A DNA stretch of 64,000 bases from Euprymna scolopes (GCA_053919585.1 CM132816.1); one strand, 5' to 3'; positions 27,590 through 40,421 are shown, counted from the first letter of the stretch. The notes: generated from the sequence alone by a model not told the origin. Program-made: numbers and translations.

Positions 27590-27592
<3 letters not shown>
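27280..27592 (-). mobile_element. About 310 bp hammerhead-bearing (Penelope pLTR/retrozyme-like) element between TA tracts
   Basis: Reverse complement of 47787-48121; contains TCTCCT-CTGATGA-GATagtagacATC-GAGA-CCCTATAGGTTA at 27384-27431 (one core substitution). Confidence 0.75.
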
Positions 27593-27649
<57 letters not shown>

Positions 27650-27652
<3 letters not shown>

Positions 27653-28366
27653 CTGCGCTCTGAGTCATAATAGTAGATTCAGCTTTCTTCGCAAGTGACC
27701 AGAGCATAAGGAACTCTGGAATCTTAATTGAACAGCTCAACTATCTGCCTGCTATCATGAACACGTCTTTCTTTCTGATCCCTTTCTGAGCACGTTTGCG
27801 AAAACTTCGTGAAAATCTTTCGCATCTTCAGTTCCCGGGAATATTTGTATGTACAGTTCCAACACTGATGTCAGTCAGTATACTTATTGTCTCGATAGAC
27901 ACACCACGATCCTTATCTATTAGATTATTAATTTTGCCATTTAACTCTGGTGCTCTTATCTTTCCTACATTTCTAACCCTTCTATCTATTTCAGATTCTC
28001 AGACTTCCTTGAATTTTTCATATACCTCAACGGCTAATGTTCGATTAAAGCAAGATGGATCCAAAATAATATGAAGCTTTTCATACTTTACATTTTTCCT
28101 GGTTTAAAAATAATATTATTGCACATAGTATTTTTAAAGTGTTCTCATGTCCAAATTGCATTTTTGAAAGTCACTAGCTGGTACAAACTCGTTTTAGTAG
28201 GGTGTATTCCAATTTTTGTTATAGCTGTTCATTTTACCCGAAATCATAAAAACTGATAAGTTATCTCATCAGATCCATGGCAATAATACAATGGATGTGT
28301 AAAGCACTACAAAAACTGTAAATCTCTCTACAAAAACGTTTGGACACTTATTTAAGACACCTCTTA
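27650..28366 (-). mobile_element. Mariner transposon, 5' half (decayed)
   Basis: DKDRGVSIETISILTDISVGTVHT, ELKMRKI, DQKERRVHDSRQIVEL, LVTCEES*IYYYD (decayed TCDESW motif); TIR-like end at 28332-28366. Confidence 0.85.
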
Positions 28367-28481
28367 TATGCCGTCGCCAATACGAGTGTAGTGAAAAATC
28401 TAAGGGTGTATTGTACAGAGAAATCCCTTGCATTTCCATAAACAGTATGTAAACGAGCATTTATTTTATCCAGAGTACTTT

Positions 28482-29020
28482 TATGAGGCGTTTCTTTAAG
28501 TAATGAAAACTGCACATGCATACCAGATTGGAACAATCAGAATAATAAGGATTGTATACCTCTAATATTTCACATTTTGTTTGGTGTATACTATCTTCGC
28601 CGAATTCCGCATGTCCGCTGGCCTTATTTTTTCTAAATTACTCTTATCCTGACGCGATGCAGGGTCGTCAGCGCAAAGCGCTTATAATGAACAGACTTCT
28701 TTGTTTCGAGCACATTGCGCAATGCATCCAAACAAAATCAATCTACAAAGCAAAAGCTCCGACACGCCTCCAAAATTGGTAAAAACGCCCGGGAATACAT
28801 CTAAAAATGTTGTGACAATCCATCTGAACTGAAGTCGAAGCTACATCTAGTCCACATGCCTCAGTTTTCGTCACTGATCCTCGGACTATCTACCCATAAC
28901 GGTCTTTGTCATGTGCTACGTCGTTCAAGGATTTTACTTTCGGAACCTTGCGTGTTCTATGGAACGGGCAGCTAAACCAATCCTTGATGATTGCCGTCAA
29001 GTCAGTGAGAGACACATTCC
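28482..29020 (+). mobile_element. Decayed mariner 5' fragment
   Basis: TIR-like TATGAGGCGTTTCTTTAAGTAATGAAAACTG and a KIGKNA-like HTH remnant near 28770. Confidence 0.4.
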
Positions 29021-29772
29021 GTGTATAAATATCGAGTTAGGGAGATTCTTTATGTTGTATCGTATCTTATCCTAATGTAAATATTTATTTTGACACGCCA
29101 CGAATCGTGTCAAGTTAAATACGTTTTAAACCGATGTCAAACAGGAATAACAAAATGAAACCAATCCATGAAGACATTAGATAAAATAAACACAACGCGC
29201 AAATTATTATATAGGATTTATTGGTTTTATTCATTGATTGGCTGCTGTATGTCATGCTAGAATCATTACTTGCAATATTTATTAATCAGCGGATAAAATG
29301 CATAGTCATCCTCTGGAAAATGGAAATTAAATTTGATATATTATCACAAAGGTGTTTTTTTTTATTGCGCTGTCTTAAAAAATAGATGCAGTGACTCTAA
29401 TCGGACATAAACCTCAGTTTTTAACTAACAGGGCGTTCATTTCTTGTATTACTCACCCCAGAATAGTGTAAAAAATATTGATTATGGACCTACAATGACG
29501 AAAATAATCGTCTCTAAACAGACTATGGTATATTGTTTCTCATTTTGAAAAATACCCTATGCGTTATAAATGACTGCAACGAAAAGAGAGCAGAATATAA
29601 ATCTAAGAGCCCTCCGTTCTAAAATGAATATACTAAACCAGAAATACCATTACAATGTGGTAGACACACAGTGAATGGGTGGAGACAAATCGACTATCAG
29701 ATTGAAATTTAATCTACGTGGCGTAACCGATATTGTAAATAAAAAAAGATTGATGAACACGAACACACACAC

Positions 29773-29837
<65 letters not shown>

Positions 29838-29840
<3 letters not shown>

Positions 29841-30208
29841 GAAATGGTAATTAATAAAAACTGAAGAAAGTGTTCAATACTGTTGTAGAGCAATATGCGT
29901 TTTATTTTTTATTTCCGTATCTTTCTGTTAATGAACTTCCCAGACACTTCACACAAGTTCCTTAAACTCCAAAACTAAAAAAATTACCGACATACCAAAC
30001 GCCCCCTCCCACCTCCCCCTTGTTCCCTTCCTCTATTTCTTCCGCCCTCCTCGCACCCCCTGACCTCATTCACTCTTTCGCTCTTTCAACCCATAATAAC
30101 GAACATTTCTGTAAAAGTCTGAGGAAGCTACATACGGCCAAAAAAACGGACCTTTAGCCGAAACAATAATGTAACTTAACAGAAAGATACGGTAATAAAA
30201 AATAAAAC

Positions 30209-30212
<4 letters not shown>
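29838..30212 (+). mobile_element. TA-flanked non-coding element with internal inverted repeat and hammerhead ribozyme (Penelope-like/retrozyme)
   Basis: About 38-bp inverted repeat (29895-29932 versus 30176-30214); hammerhead at 30106-30185; long (TA)n on both sides. Confidence 0.75.
30106..30185 (+). ncRNA. Type I hammerhead ribozyme motif
   Basis: Stem I TTTCTGT-aa-AAGT / ACTT-a-ACAGAAA; core CTGAGGA; stem II (A)GCTA...TAGC(C); GAAA; stem III AC-aataat-GT; GUA cleavage triplet at 30171-30173. Confidence 0.7.
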
Positions 30213-30275
<63 letters not shown>

Positions 30276-30279
<4 letters not shown>

Positions 30280-30900
30280 TTGTACCAAAAGAAGCTGCCG
30301 AATTTTAATTTTTTTAACTTCCTAGATATTTAAGTTATGCTTACACATTTTCATATGTTGGTAGATTAGCCTCTCCATAATTGTTTGAGATATAGTAAAA
30401 TATCTCCTTCTTGGAATTTTATTATACAACTTAATCAAGGGTATATTTTTCACACTGTTTAAATTTAGTTATTAAATATGATGTTATTCAATTATCCAAA
30501 ATTATCATTTTCACACTCTTGTGCTCTCTTTATGGCATTGTCCAGCATATCACTTAATGTTTCAGGGCTTTGGATCCTAATTTATTCCTCTATATTGTTT
30601 TAAGCGCATTATTGTGACTGCTTTATTTTCGTATACCCGCTCGTTGAGGTTACCTCAAATGAGGAAATCTGCACATTTGAGATCTGGTGAGCGGGGTGGC
30701 CAATTTATCCCACAGCCACGAGAAATTATTCAGTTTGCGAATGTATCCTGGAGCAGATTTAATGTTTCCCGAGCTGTATGCGAAGTATCAGAGTTCTGCT
30801 CGAAACCACATGAATCGAGAGACCTGAATTTGACTTGATCTCCTTCCTGTATATTTGTATATGTATATTTGAGTTTTTTGCGTATGAATATTCAGATAAT
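30276..30900 (-). mobile_element. Tc1/mariner (DD41D-like) transposase 3' remnant
   Basis: TSHTARETLNLLQDTF...IISRGCGINWPPRSPDLKCADFLI*G...RVY; TA|CAG end at 30274-30278. Confidence 0.8.
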
Positions 30901-31193
30901 AACCTTTTTTATTTATTTATTTAAAAAGAAAATACAACTAGGTTATGTCGGGTCGTATAATTGAATTCGCTAGCAGAAGACCTTGCTAATTTGTATATTC
31001 ATATAAATATTAATTTTAATTAATTCCCTATTAGTTTTTTTTTCGGTTTTCTGATTGGATGATCATCTTTACTTAATTATTACGCGTAATTATATTGATG
31101 CAGATATTCTACATGATATATACTTGCGTAATATTTGTGTAAAAAGGTTATAGTAAACACAACGGTACCTCTTTTGCATGCATGTATATATAT

Positions 31194-31245
<52 letters not shown>

Positions 31246-31934
31246 TTTAAAATATTGTGCATACCTAACTCCTTTGGAAGTTGTTGGGCTAACATCCTCA
31301 AATGTGTGGGAATCGAACCCTTGCAAAACCATGTTTGAGTTTTAACCGCGGATAATCGGTACAAAAATTTGAAAGTAAGAAAAATGGAATTTACCAGATT
31401 AATATCGAACGACGGCATTACGAATACGCCTGCATAACGTAATATCTATTAGTTCATCTTTTAATTTTCCCCTAGTCGAAAACATGCTTAATAGCTCAAG
31501 CATTAACCTCAGAGGAAAAAAGCAAATCTTAAGCTAAAAATTTAGTTTCAATTCTCGGTGGTGTTGTACGGTGGTTTCTTTTTTTTTACTTTTTAAACCA
31601 TTAATGTATATTGAGACCAATATAATATTATAATACATACGAAATCTAACATTAATCAAGATATCATATTTAAGCGTATNNNNNNNNNNNNNNNNNNNNN
31701 NNNNNNNNNNNNNNNNNNNNNNNNNNNNNNNNNNNNNNNNNNNNNNNNNNNNNNNNNNNNNNNNNNNNNNNNNNNNNNNNNNNNNNNNNNNNNNNNNNNN
31801 NNNNNNNNNCATTGGCTGATTAGGAGAGGGGACGTTCATACTAGAAAGCTGATTTGCTAAATAACAACTCAAAAGAAGGTGCGTATATAAAAAAAACGAG
31901 ACAATCACAAAATTCTCGCATAAGCCTGAAGAAT

Positions 31935-32102
31935 CATAGAGTGGATGAAACTCGTAATATTCTGTGTAGGTTAATCGCCATATATATTTCATAACTTACT
32001 AACTAGCTCTATCTACTTATTGAGCACTGTTGGAGTGAATACTTTAAGCCGACGCATTAATTTATACTTTCGTATAGTAATTTATGTGAGTAAATGATGT
32101 AA
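31935..32102. repeat. Arm of a foldback element family (second copy at 49608-49848)
   Basis: Aligns with the reverse complement of 49610-49775 (GTGGATGAAAC, TTAATCGCCATATATATTT, AACTAGCTCTA, ATTGAGCACT, TAATTTATGTGAGTAAATGA). Confidence 0.85.
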
Positions 32103-32103
32103 T

Positions 32104-32145
<42 letters not shown>

Positions 32146-32654
32146 CGTGCGCGCGTGTGTGTGTTGACTGATGCATTAACACACGCGTTTGGTAAACAAC
32201 GAATCACAGTTATATGTACTTTTATATAGATATATTTATAGGTTTAAACGTATACATGCATGCACAGACACAGACTAGATTGTGAAAACAAAAATTCCAA
32301 CGTACATTTTTCTGGGGAATTCTGATTTCTTGATTTTTAAAAATATCTCTAATTATAAGTCTCGTAAGTGTTACATTTATAAGTTATGAAACTCTAGAAC
32401 ATCTATATATATATATCTACCTTTCCCCCCTAAATACATATATAGANNNNNNNNNNNNNNNNNNNNNNNNNNNNNNNNNNNNNNNNNNNNNNNNNNNNNN
32501 NNNNNNNNNNNNNNNNNNNNNNNNNNNNNNNNNNNNNNNNNNNNNNNNNNNNNNNNNNNNNNNNNNNNNNNNNNNNNNNNNNNNTGTATTCAGCAGTAAT
32601 ATATGTGTACATCGATGAATACTCGCACACAAACACACACATCCACACACACAT

Positions 32655-32705
<51 letters not shown>

Positions 32706-34186
32706 GTTTGAAAAATTTTATAGAGCTGTTTGACCTATAAGCGATTAATTTATTTTTAAAAAATATAAAACAAATTGCATTTCTCCAAAAACATTTTCCA
32801 TTCTTGAATTTGATATTTTCATAATTGGTGACTGTGAAAAATTTGTAAATAGGTCAACATTCTTGAGTTAACGATCCGATGGATATGTAACAGGAAATAA
32901 TATATACTAGGAAATTGTAAAACAAAACCTTGACATTTTTCCTCACAAAATAATGTATTTGATAATAAAACAATGATGCGTTGTATTATCTATATTATAA
33001 AAACATATGTTGTTATGTTTAGTGGGCCTACATTAAGTGTAACNNNNNNNNNNNNNNNNNNNNNNNNNNNNNNNNNNNNNNNNNNNNNNNNNNNNNNNNN
33101 NNNNNNNNNNNNNNNNNNNNNNNNNNNNNNNNNNNNNNNNNNNNNNNNNNNNNNNNNNNNNNNNNNNNNNNNNNNNNNNNNNNNNNNNNNNNNNNNNNNN
33201 NNNNNNNNNNNNNNNNNNNATCTATAAAAGCCAGACTATGTGTGGAGATAGTACTCAACATATATACTCAACGGATGTTTTATGTGCAGACTCGAAATTT
33301 GGTATAGAGTTTATCAGATATTTGGAAAACATTTCAGTCTGTTATCATCTAGACAAAAAAGGCGTCAAAATAAGGAGTCAAAATTGAAAATTGATACATT
33401 GGAGTTCGCGGCATTTTTCTCATTTCAACTGTCTCCCGACTGAGAATGCGTGAATAGTTCACATTGCAGATTACTCATGTTAAGAATAAGTACTTAGAAA
33501 AGACTGTTTAAAGATATTGTTGCGCTTGTTTAATGGTCATAGAATCTGACTTAATCAAGCGGAATGAATGTGATTGTTCTGATTGTCATGATGAGTAAAA
33601 CATAGTATGTATTTTTCGATTTCGATCCAGGATCGAATATTTTTTTCTTTTTGTACTTACAATAAGTGAACAGTCTAGAAAACAACCCATTAATACTCGC
33701 AGGCTGATGCCTTAGTGTCGGTATTAGGTTAAAGACAATATTATGCGTATTTGATGACCGGNNNNNNNNNNNNNNNNNNNNNNNNNNNNNNNNNNNNNNN
33801 NNNNNNNNNNNNNNNNNNNNNNNNNNNNNNNNNNNNNNNNNNNNNNNNNNNNNNNNNNNNNNNNNNNNNNNNNNNNNNNNNNNNNNNNNNNNNNNNNNNN
33901 NNNNNNNNNNNNNNNNNNNNNNNNNNNNNNNNNNNNNNNNNNNNNNNNNNNNNNNNNNNNNNNNNNNNNNNNNNNNNNNNNNNNNNNNNNNNNNNNNNNN
34001 NNNNNNNNNNNNTGCGGGTGTGAGTTAGTGAGTTAGTAAGAGAAAATTTTGAAAATATATATGGCAAATAAAGTACGTAGAAATTACCGAGTTTAATTTT
34101 TGCTAAGATTGGTCACGCGACTGCATGAACTTAATCCTACATCGTTTGTTTCTATATTATCGTTGTCAGCACATCAAATACTTTGT

Positions 34187-34188
<2 letters not shown>

Positions 34189-34237
<49 letters not shown>
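34189..34237. repeat. (CA)n microsatellite
   Basis: Directly visible. Confidence 0.95.
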
Positions 34238-34241
<4 letters not shown>

Positions 34242-34761
34242 ATTTCACAGTTTTTACGAAATTGGACAGTTTTAGCTCTATCTACTTATATACATGCTTC
34301 TTTTTTCTTCAAGAGGTAATGGTGTTTCTATTTTCTTTGTGTTCAGATGTGGTCTAGTTTAAACATGGATGTTTCTCACTGTATTTGTTTATTTAATGCT
34401 AGTGTATTTTAATATATATTTGTTTAATTTCTTCTTATTCTTATTTTCATTATAATTATTATTTTTGTCACTGTTGTAGTTATTTCACAGTTTTTACCAA
34501 ATTGGACAAACTAAAAAAAATATTGAAATATATCAAGTTGGCATCGAAGAAGACAATGAAGAGTGAAAACTAGCTTTCACCTGAGGAATCTTATATTACC
34601 CAGCGAGGAAGTCTTAAACAAAATGGAGGTATCGATGCTACGATATGGGAATTTGTTTAATATACATTTTAAATCATAATTCTTAAAATAATCCACTTTA
34701 AATATATGTCTTTATGCTTCGATTTATTTATTATAATCATGTATACACAGACCCACACCTT

Positions 34762-34815
<54 letters not shown>

Positions 34816-34817
<2 letters not shown>

Positions 34818-35415
34818 CTAGCAAAAGTACCCGTGTTTACTGGGTTCAAACATAGACGACAGAAAATGGACTCTGATTTATGAAAGTATAATAGGTTATG
34901 AAAAGGAAGGGCTGTAAATTTTGGTGAATATGGAGATATAAAAACCAAAGCAAAATATGATGAAAGTAAAAATAAAATAGATAAACTCCATGATTCATTA
35001 TACCATACCTGTTTACAATGACACACTTATCATAATATTCTTGGGATCTATATTAAAAAAAAAAAACCTTGCTAAACTTTGTGACATATTTCCATTCTAT
35101 GGAGGTCAGGCGCGAACAAACACCGCATAATTTTATTATACCATATTTCTTCAAACTAAAATATAATTATCAAAGTATACATACGCAGATAGATATGAAA
35201 AGTCTTTATTAATGTGTTTGCCTATTTCCATTCTATGGAAGCCAGGCGCGAACGCAACCCCAACAATTTTTTATTATACCATCCTTAATAAAGTTAAAAC
35301 ATACTTATCAGAATATTCTTACGTACATCTATATAAAAACACTTGCTATTGTTTTTTTTATTTTTTATTTTCATACTTTGTGGACCAGTAGCGAACGAAG
35401 ACCCCACAATTTTTA
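34816..35415 (-). mobile_element. Non-autonomous Helitron-like element with tandemly repeated 5' module
   Basis: Minus-strand 3' end CCCAGT-aaac-ACGGG hairpin plus CTAGT at 34816-34846; three related blocks (TTTCCATTCTATGGA...GCGAAC...AATTTT) at about 35085, 35222, 35368. Confidence 0.55.
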
Positions 35416-35750
35416 TGAACCTCCGTTCTGCCTGATCAAACATATCCGTTCTTGTGTTTCGATACATCTATCATTATATGTAATCAGTTTCTTTTGAAAA
35501 TGTTCAACCGTATAGGAGCCTATTCGTGNNNNNNNNNNNNNNNNNNNNNNNNNNNNNNNNNNNNNNNNNNNNNNNNNNNNNNNNNNNNNNNNNNNNNNNN
35601 NNNNNNNNNNNNNNNNNNNNNNNNNNNNNNNNNNNNNNNNNNNNNNNNNNNNNNNNNNNNNNNNNNNNNNNNNNNNNNCTATTCTAACAAATATTATAAG
35701 TGAAATTTCTGTAATGTTCACAATCTATTGCGCTGTAAATATATAGAGAA

Positions 35751-35800
35751 TTAATCATCGTCATCATAACCCTCTTCAGCATCATCATAATTCCCTTCAT
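35751..35800 (-). CDS. Candidate terminal coding exon of an unidentified host gene: (D)EGNYDDAEEGYDDDD*
   Basis: Strong acceptor TTTCTTTGCAG (35801-35811), codon-like acidic sequence, TAA stop; phase-compatible with the exon at 42017-42037. Confidence 0.45.
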
Positions 35801-36278
35801 CTGCAAAGAAATGAGGTCATATCATATGTGGGCTTATTATCGGTATATATTTCTGTAGTTAATCTGTTTAATCCAACAACTTTGAGGGACTTTTCTGCCA
35901 AATGCTTATTTGGTCAGTCTGCGGTTTGTTGACTTCGAAATAGTTCATAGGCTCTGCAAGCTTGCCGTTCGCTTTCGTCAGAAATATCTGGATTATACTC
36001 AAAATCAACATCACCATAAAACATTATACATTATGTGCTATCTCTTCCTCTTTCTGTCTTTAATTTTCTCTTAACCTCCCTGTCTTTCTATGTCTCCTTC
36101 TCTGTGACACACTTCTGCTTGATGATTTCGGTTCTTGTTAGCTCATATCACCTTATTTTTTGTGCCAACGTCGTTAAATGTTTTAGCCAATATAAAAAAA
36201 ATGAACAAGAACATTTCTCTTCAAGTGTTTATTAAATTACTACACTTAAGATGCAAGCAATACTCTTTATAGTGTACA

Positions 36279-36674
36279 TTGTCTATATTACAGTTATCAA
36301 AACAAATATAGTCGCATTCTCAACGTGACACACACCTTCGATGTAAACGAACATAAATAACAATCAGCAAGTACATATCCCTTCACTGTACAGGTTTCTG
36401 GGTGCTAAAAAACCTTCTAATTAAATATTTTTTTACTGGATTGAATTTCTCGTTATTTCTAATTTCCTATAATTTTTTCTAAATTTTGTCTAAATTACAG
36501 TTATCAAAACAAATATAGTCGCATTCTCAACGTGACACCCACCTTCGATGTAAACGAACATAAATAACAATCAGCAAGTACATATCACTTCAATGAACAG
36601 GTTTCTGGGTGCTAAAAAACCTTCTAATTAAATATTTTTTACTGGATTGAATTTCTCGTTATTTCTAATTTCCT
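36279..36674. repeat. Recent tandem duplication, period about 207 bp
   Basis: 36279-36468 is nearly identical to 36486-36674. Confidence 0.95.
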
Positions 36675-39600
36675 CTTACTTTCCTTATTTATATAAATAT
36701 GAATGCTATGCGGACAGCTCGCATTTCTACTATTCGCCTAGTGCTCTTGTAAACGTGGTCCTAGTATAAATCTTTTGCGAGCATTAGGCAGTATGCATTG
36801 TGTTTTGTTAATATAGATTTTAAAAATATATAGCTAATTTTCAAATGTGTTCAACTTTCAAATTCGAGCCGGGGAGAACAAACCACTGTACGTTCGCTTA
36901 TATCGACTGCAAATCGTAAACTGATATTTTCACGACCTCTTTTTTTCTATGATATGAGATCGAATATGGGTATTTGCACAATCCTTAAATTGGTATGCAT
37001 TAAGATAGAAACAATAGACTCTGTAGATTACACCGTCATCTCCTCGTTACGGCTATCAAAACGACCATAATCCTATTCGTAATACGATAGCTATCCTCAT
37101 CTTTCGTATATATCGAGTCAACATCTATGTTCTAATTGCTTTATGATCAAACCGTTGCAATTTCGTTAGAGTACACCCCCTTCCTTCTAGGGCGCGTCCT
37201 GATTAAACATGTAACAACAATTTAAGCATTGTAATTCGTAACGTCTTATTTTTAAGATCATTCGGTCTAACGTTTACATCGTGGTTTTTATTTTTACTAG
37301 GTTTCGGTCGACATAAAAACTAAATTTCTTTATCCTGAGAAAGTTGGAGAACACCCTGACGAATTTCGTATCATGAGAAAGTTAGAGATCTTTCTGTCGA
37401 ACTCGTAAATCTGAACAGTACTTCAAATTACACTTTTTTTTTATCCGGCAAAAGGAATGTTGTGGTTCAGTTAGATATGATGAGAAAGATATAAGTAATT
37501 CGCAATTTTGTTCTAGCGGGACCTGTGGAAATTCCATAGGGGACTCATTCATATACAATATATTAATGTTGGTATTCTGTAGATGTTCAGTGTTAATGGA
37601 GACGCTCTCATATTATTGTAGCTTTTTTGTTAAAACTGCAAAAGTATTTATCTAAGCTAGCTCGAACGCCCGGTAAAGCCAGCTCGTAACATACACTTAA
37701 ATATGATATCTTAATTTCTGCAGATTTCGGATATGTTATGATAGAGTTAATGTTCTATCGATTTTTATATATTATAAAGTTGCGATATCAAAACAAAAAA
37801 CTGTCCGCATGACTTGGGTGCATCAGCTTTAATCTGATGTATGTGTGTATGTGTGTGTGTGTGTGTGTGTGTAACTTGAGGTCCTTCAAACATAATCGAA
37901 ACGGAAACATTACTGATAAATTATTCACGAAAAACAGTTTACTGAAGTGCAATCGGTTAGAATTGAAATCGAAAATAAAACTTTTGAAGAATTCTTGATG
38001 AAATTATTTATAAAAAAATAGATTACGTAATACTCATCAGCTATAATCGGAACCGAAACCAAAACTTATGAAAAATACTTGGTAAAATTATTTACGACAA
38101 AAAATGGGTGTAAATAACAATTAAACGATTTGGATGTAAGCTTGACACAGAAAATAAAACACACGGTATCGTATTAATATATAGATTACACAACCGTATA
38201 AATCATAATTTAAACTTGTTTCGTATATGTATTTAAATTTCACAAGACTCACAATTTCTCTCGTTAGTATGAGATCAATCTCAATATCTTAGAAAAATAA
38301 AACAAAAAAAAAAACAAAAACAAATAATCTTCCTATCCCTATTTCGGCGCCATAGTAATGTTTCTTGCTTTTTAGTTAAACTACTTGATGTGTATTTTTC
38401 ATGATTTTAGTTTAGCGTTTCTAATGCCAATTTAGTGCGTTACATCTGAATCAAGGAAATGAAGTAAATGTTTTAAAATAGACTCGCCTGCGCAATTCTT
38501 TTTATATCCCTTGGCGTCAGTACAAAATAATATAATCGGATGGAAGTAGAGAATTGAGCTTAATATTTCTCTATCCGCATTCGATTTATAGAATTTATCA
38601 ATGGCAGCTAATCAAAGAACGTCAAACAAACAATGCCATTGAAACAAAATGGCGACTGTTCAATTAACGTTTCTTTAAGCTTGTTTTATTTTTTTATATA
38701 TTTAAATCAAGATGTCCTCATCTTCTCTTCATAAATATCTACTTCTTTCAGTTTTGCATTCATTGCTGGTTTTTCGTGTTTATTATTGAGTTTGTTTCTC
38801 AATTCCTTTCTTTATTTACTGTTTATTCGTATTATGCAAGATGTTAAGCATTGTTGATAAAATGATTTCTATGACAACACTAACAACAAAATATTGTCTA
38901 CCATTGTCCGTCTAAGATTGCAGTCTTTTGTACTTTCTGTAAGTTCACTTCTCTGTACTATTTGGAGTCTCCGCACTACTGTTATAATTTTGATTGTTAT
39001 TTTCACAACGGTTCGGTTGGTGTAATATCCGACCTTCTTCAAGTGTACTTAATTAATAAAGGGAATCTATCGGTCGAACTAAGGATATTTCTGTCAAATT
39101 CTCGAGTCTTTCTGTAAAACCTGGGAATTTATCCGGGATTTCGGAATAAAAACACATTTACTTTATTCAGGAGAGCAGCATTCTCTTTTTCCATAAGCAA
39201 TTACTACGTAGAATCCTTTAATGTTTCGCAATTCTATGTTTCGCCCTTACTGATACTTTGGCCTTTACCCTCCAAAACAGTGTAAATTCTACCAATGAAT
39301 TTTACCAAGTACATTATCCACTGCATCGGGCTCACTTAAGCGGCGTCGTGGATAATGTACTTGGTATTTATACGTATGATCAATCCTCAACTCCAAATAG
39401 TTCTTTTCTTAAGTATAGATAATTTTTATAGATGAACTACGGTACACGTTGCATATTGCTTCGTTTTAATCCGCCTATTTATTAGTGTTAATCTACGTTG
39501 CATATTTGTTAGTTTGAATGCAAACAATAAGACGCCCCCCCCCCAAATTAAATCTTCAGATATCATTCTTTTAAAGAATGTGCAACTTATTCGCTACATG

Positions 39601-39689
39601 TATCATTATTGAAATCTTAGCAATCTGTAAAGAAAATTAAATGCAAAATCCAGAAGCGAAGCACAATTAAATATGAGAATTCATCGATG

Positions 39690-40250
39690 GGGAGGAAATA
39701 ACCACCGACTAAGATTCAGAATATGGTACTGTCATAGATACCTATTTATCTCTACATGGTTTATTGATGTCACATGTGCGGAGTGCCGCAAAATAGTTCC
39801 TGACTCATTTAGAGTCGGGCCAAAAAGAAACTCTGATCAAACAGCCCCTCTACACTGTTTAGAAAGTTCGACTCGATGTTCCATCGCTGCAATGTTGCAT
39901 CCCCTACTTGTTTTATAAGAACATTAATCGGATCTGTCATGCGGAATGTTCTGCATTCTTGCCTTCTTGACATACACATATTTTTATTAATCTCTTAAAT
40001 CCCACTCATTCGGTGTCGATGTTTTTTTTAAATTGAATTATTATATCCTATCGAGCTGCAAACCGTGAGTGTAATTTCTACTTCTTCATTAACAGACTGT
40101 ACTAAGACGCAGATATTGAAACGTAAAGTGATGAAATAGTTTACCGCACAAAATAATTAAATAACAATATTATTACTTTCAATTCACAAAAGCCTCTTAT
40201 GTCCCATTGACAATGTGCCTTATTCTGGGCTAATATAAGTAAAAAAAAGA
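39690..40250 (+). mobile_element. Decayed CR1/Jockey-type LINE 3' fragment
   Basis: Remnants similar to 15240-15760 and 57690-58270 (TACTGT...CAT, CAGCCCCT, TGTGCCTT...AAAAAA tail). Confidence 0.45.
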
Positions 40251-40360
40251 ATGATACATGCTTTTCTAAGTAAAGGTAACCCATCATATAAAGAATGGTT
40301 TTATGTATTGTCAATATTTCTCAAGACGTATTATCTTTCTTGATCGATAACTATATATCC

Positions 40361-40363
<3 letters not shown>

Positions 40364-40421
<58 letters not shown>
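40364..40421. repeat. (ATT)n microsatellite
   Basis: Directly visible. Confidence 0.95.
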
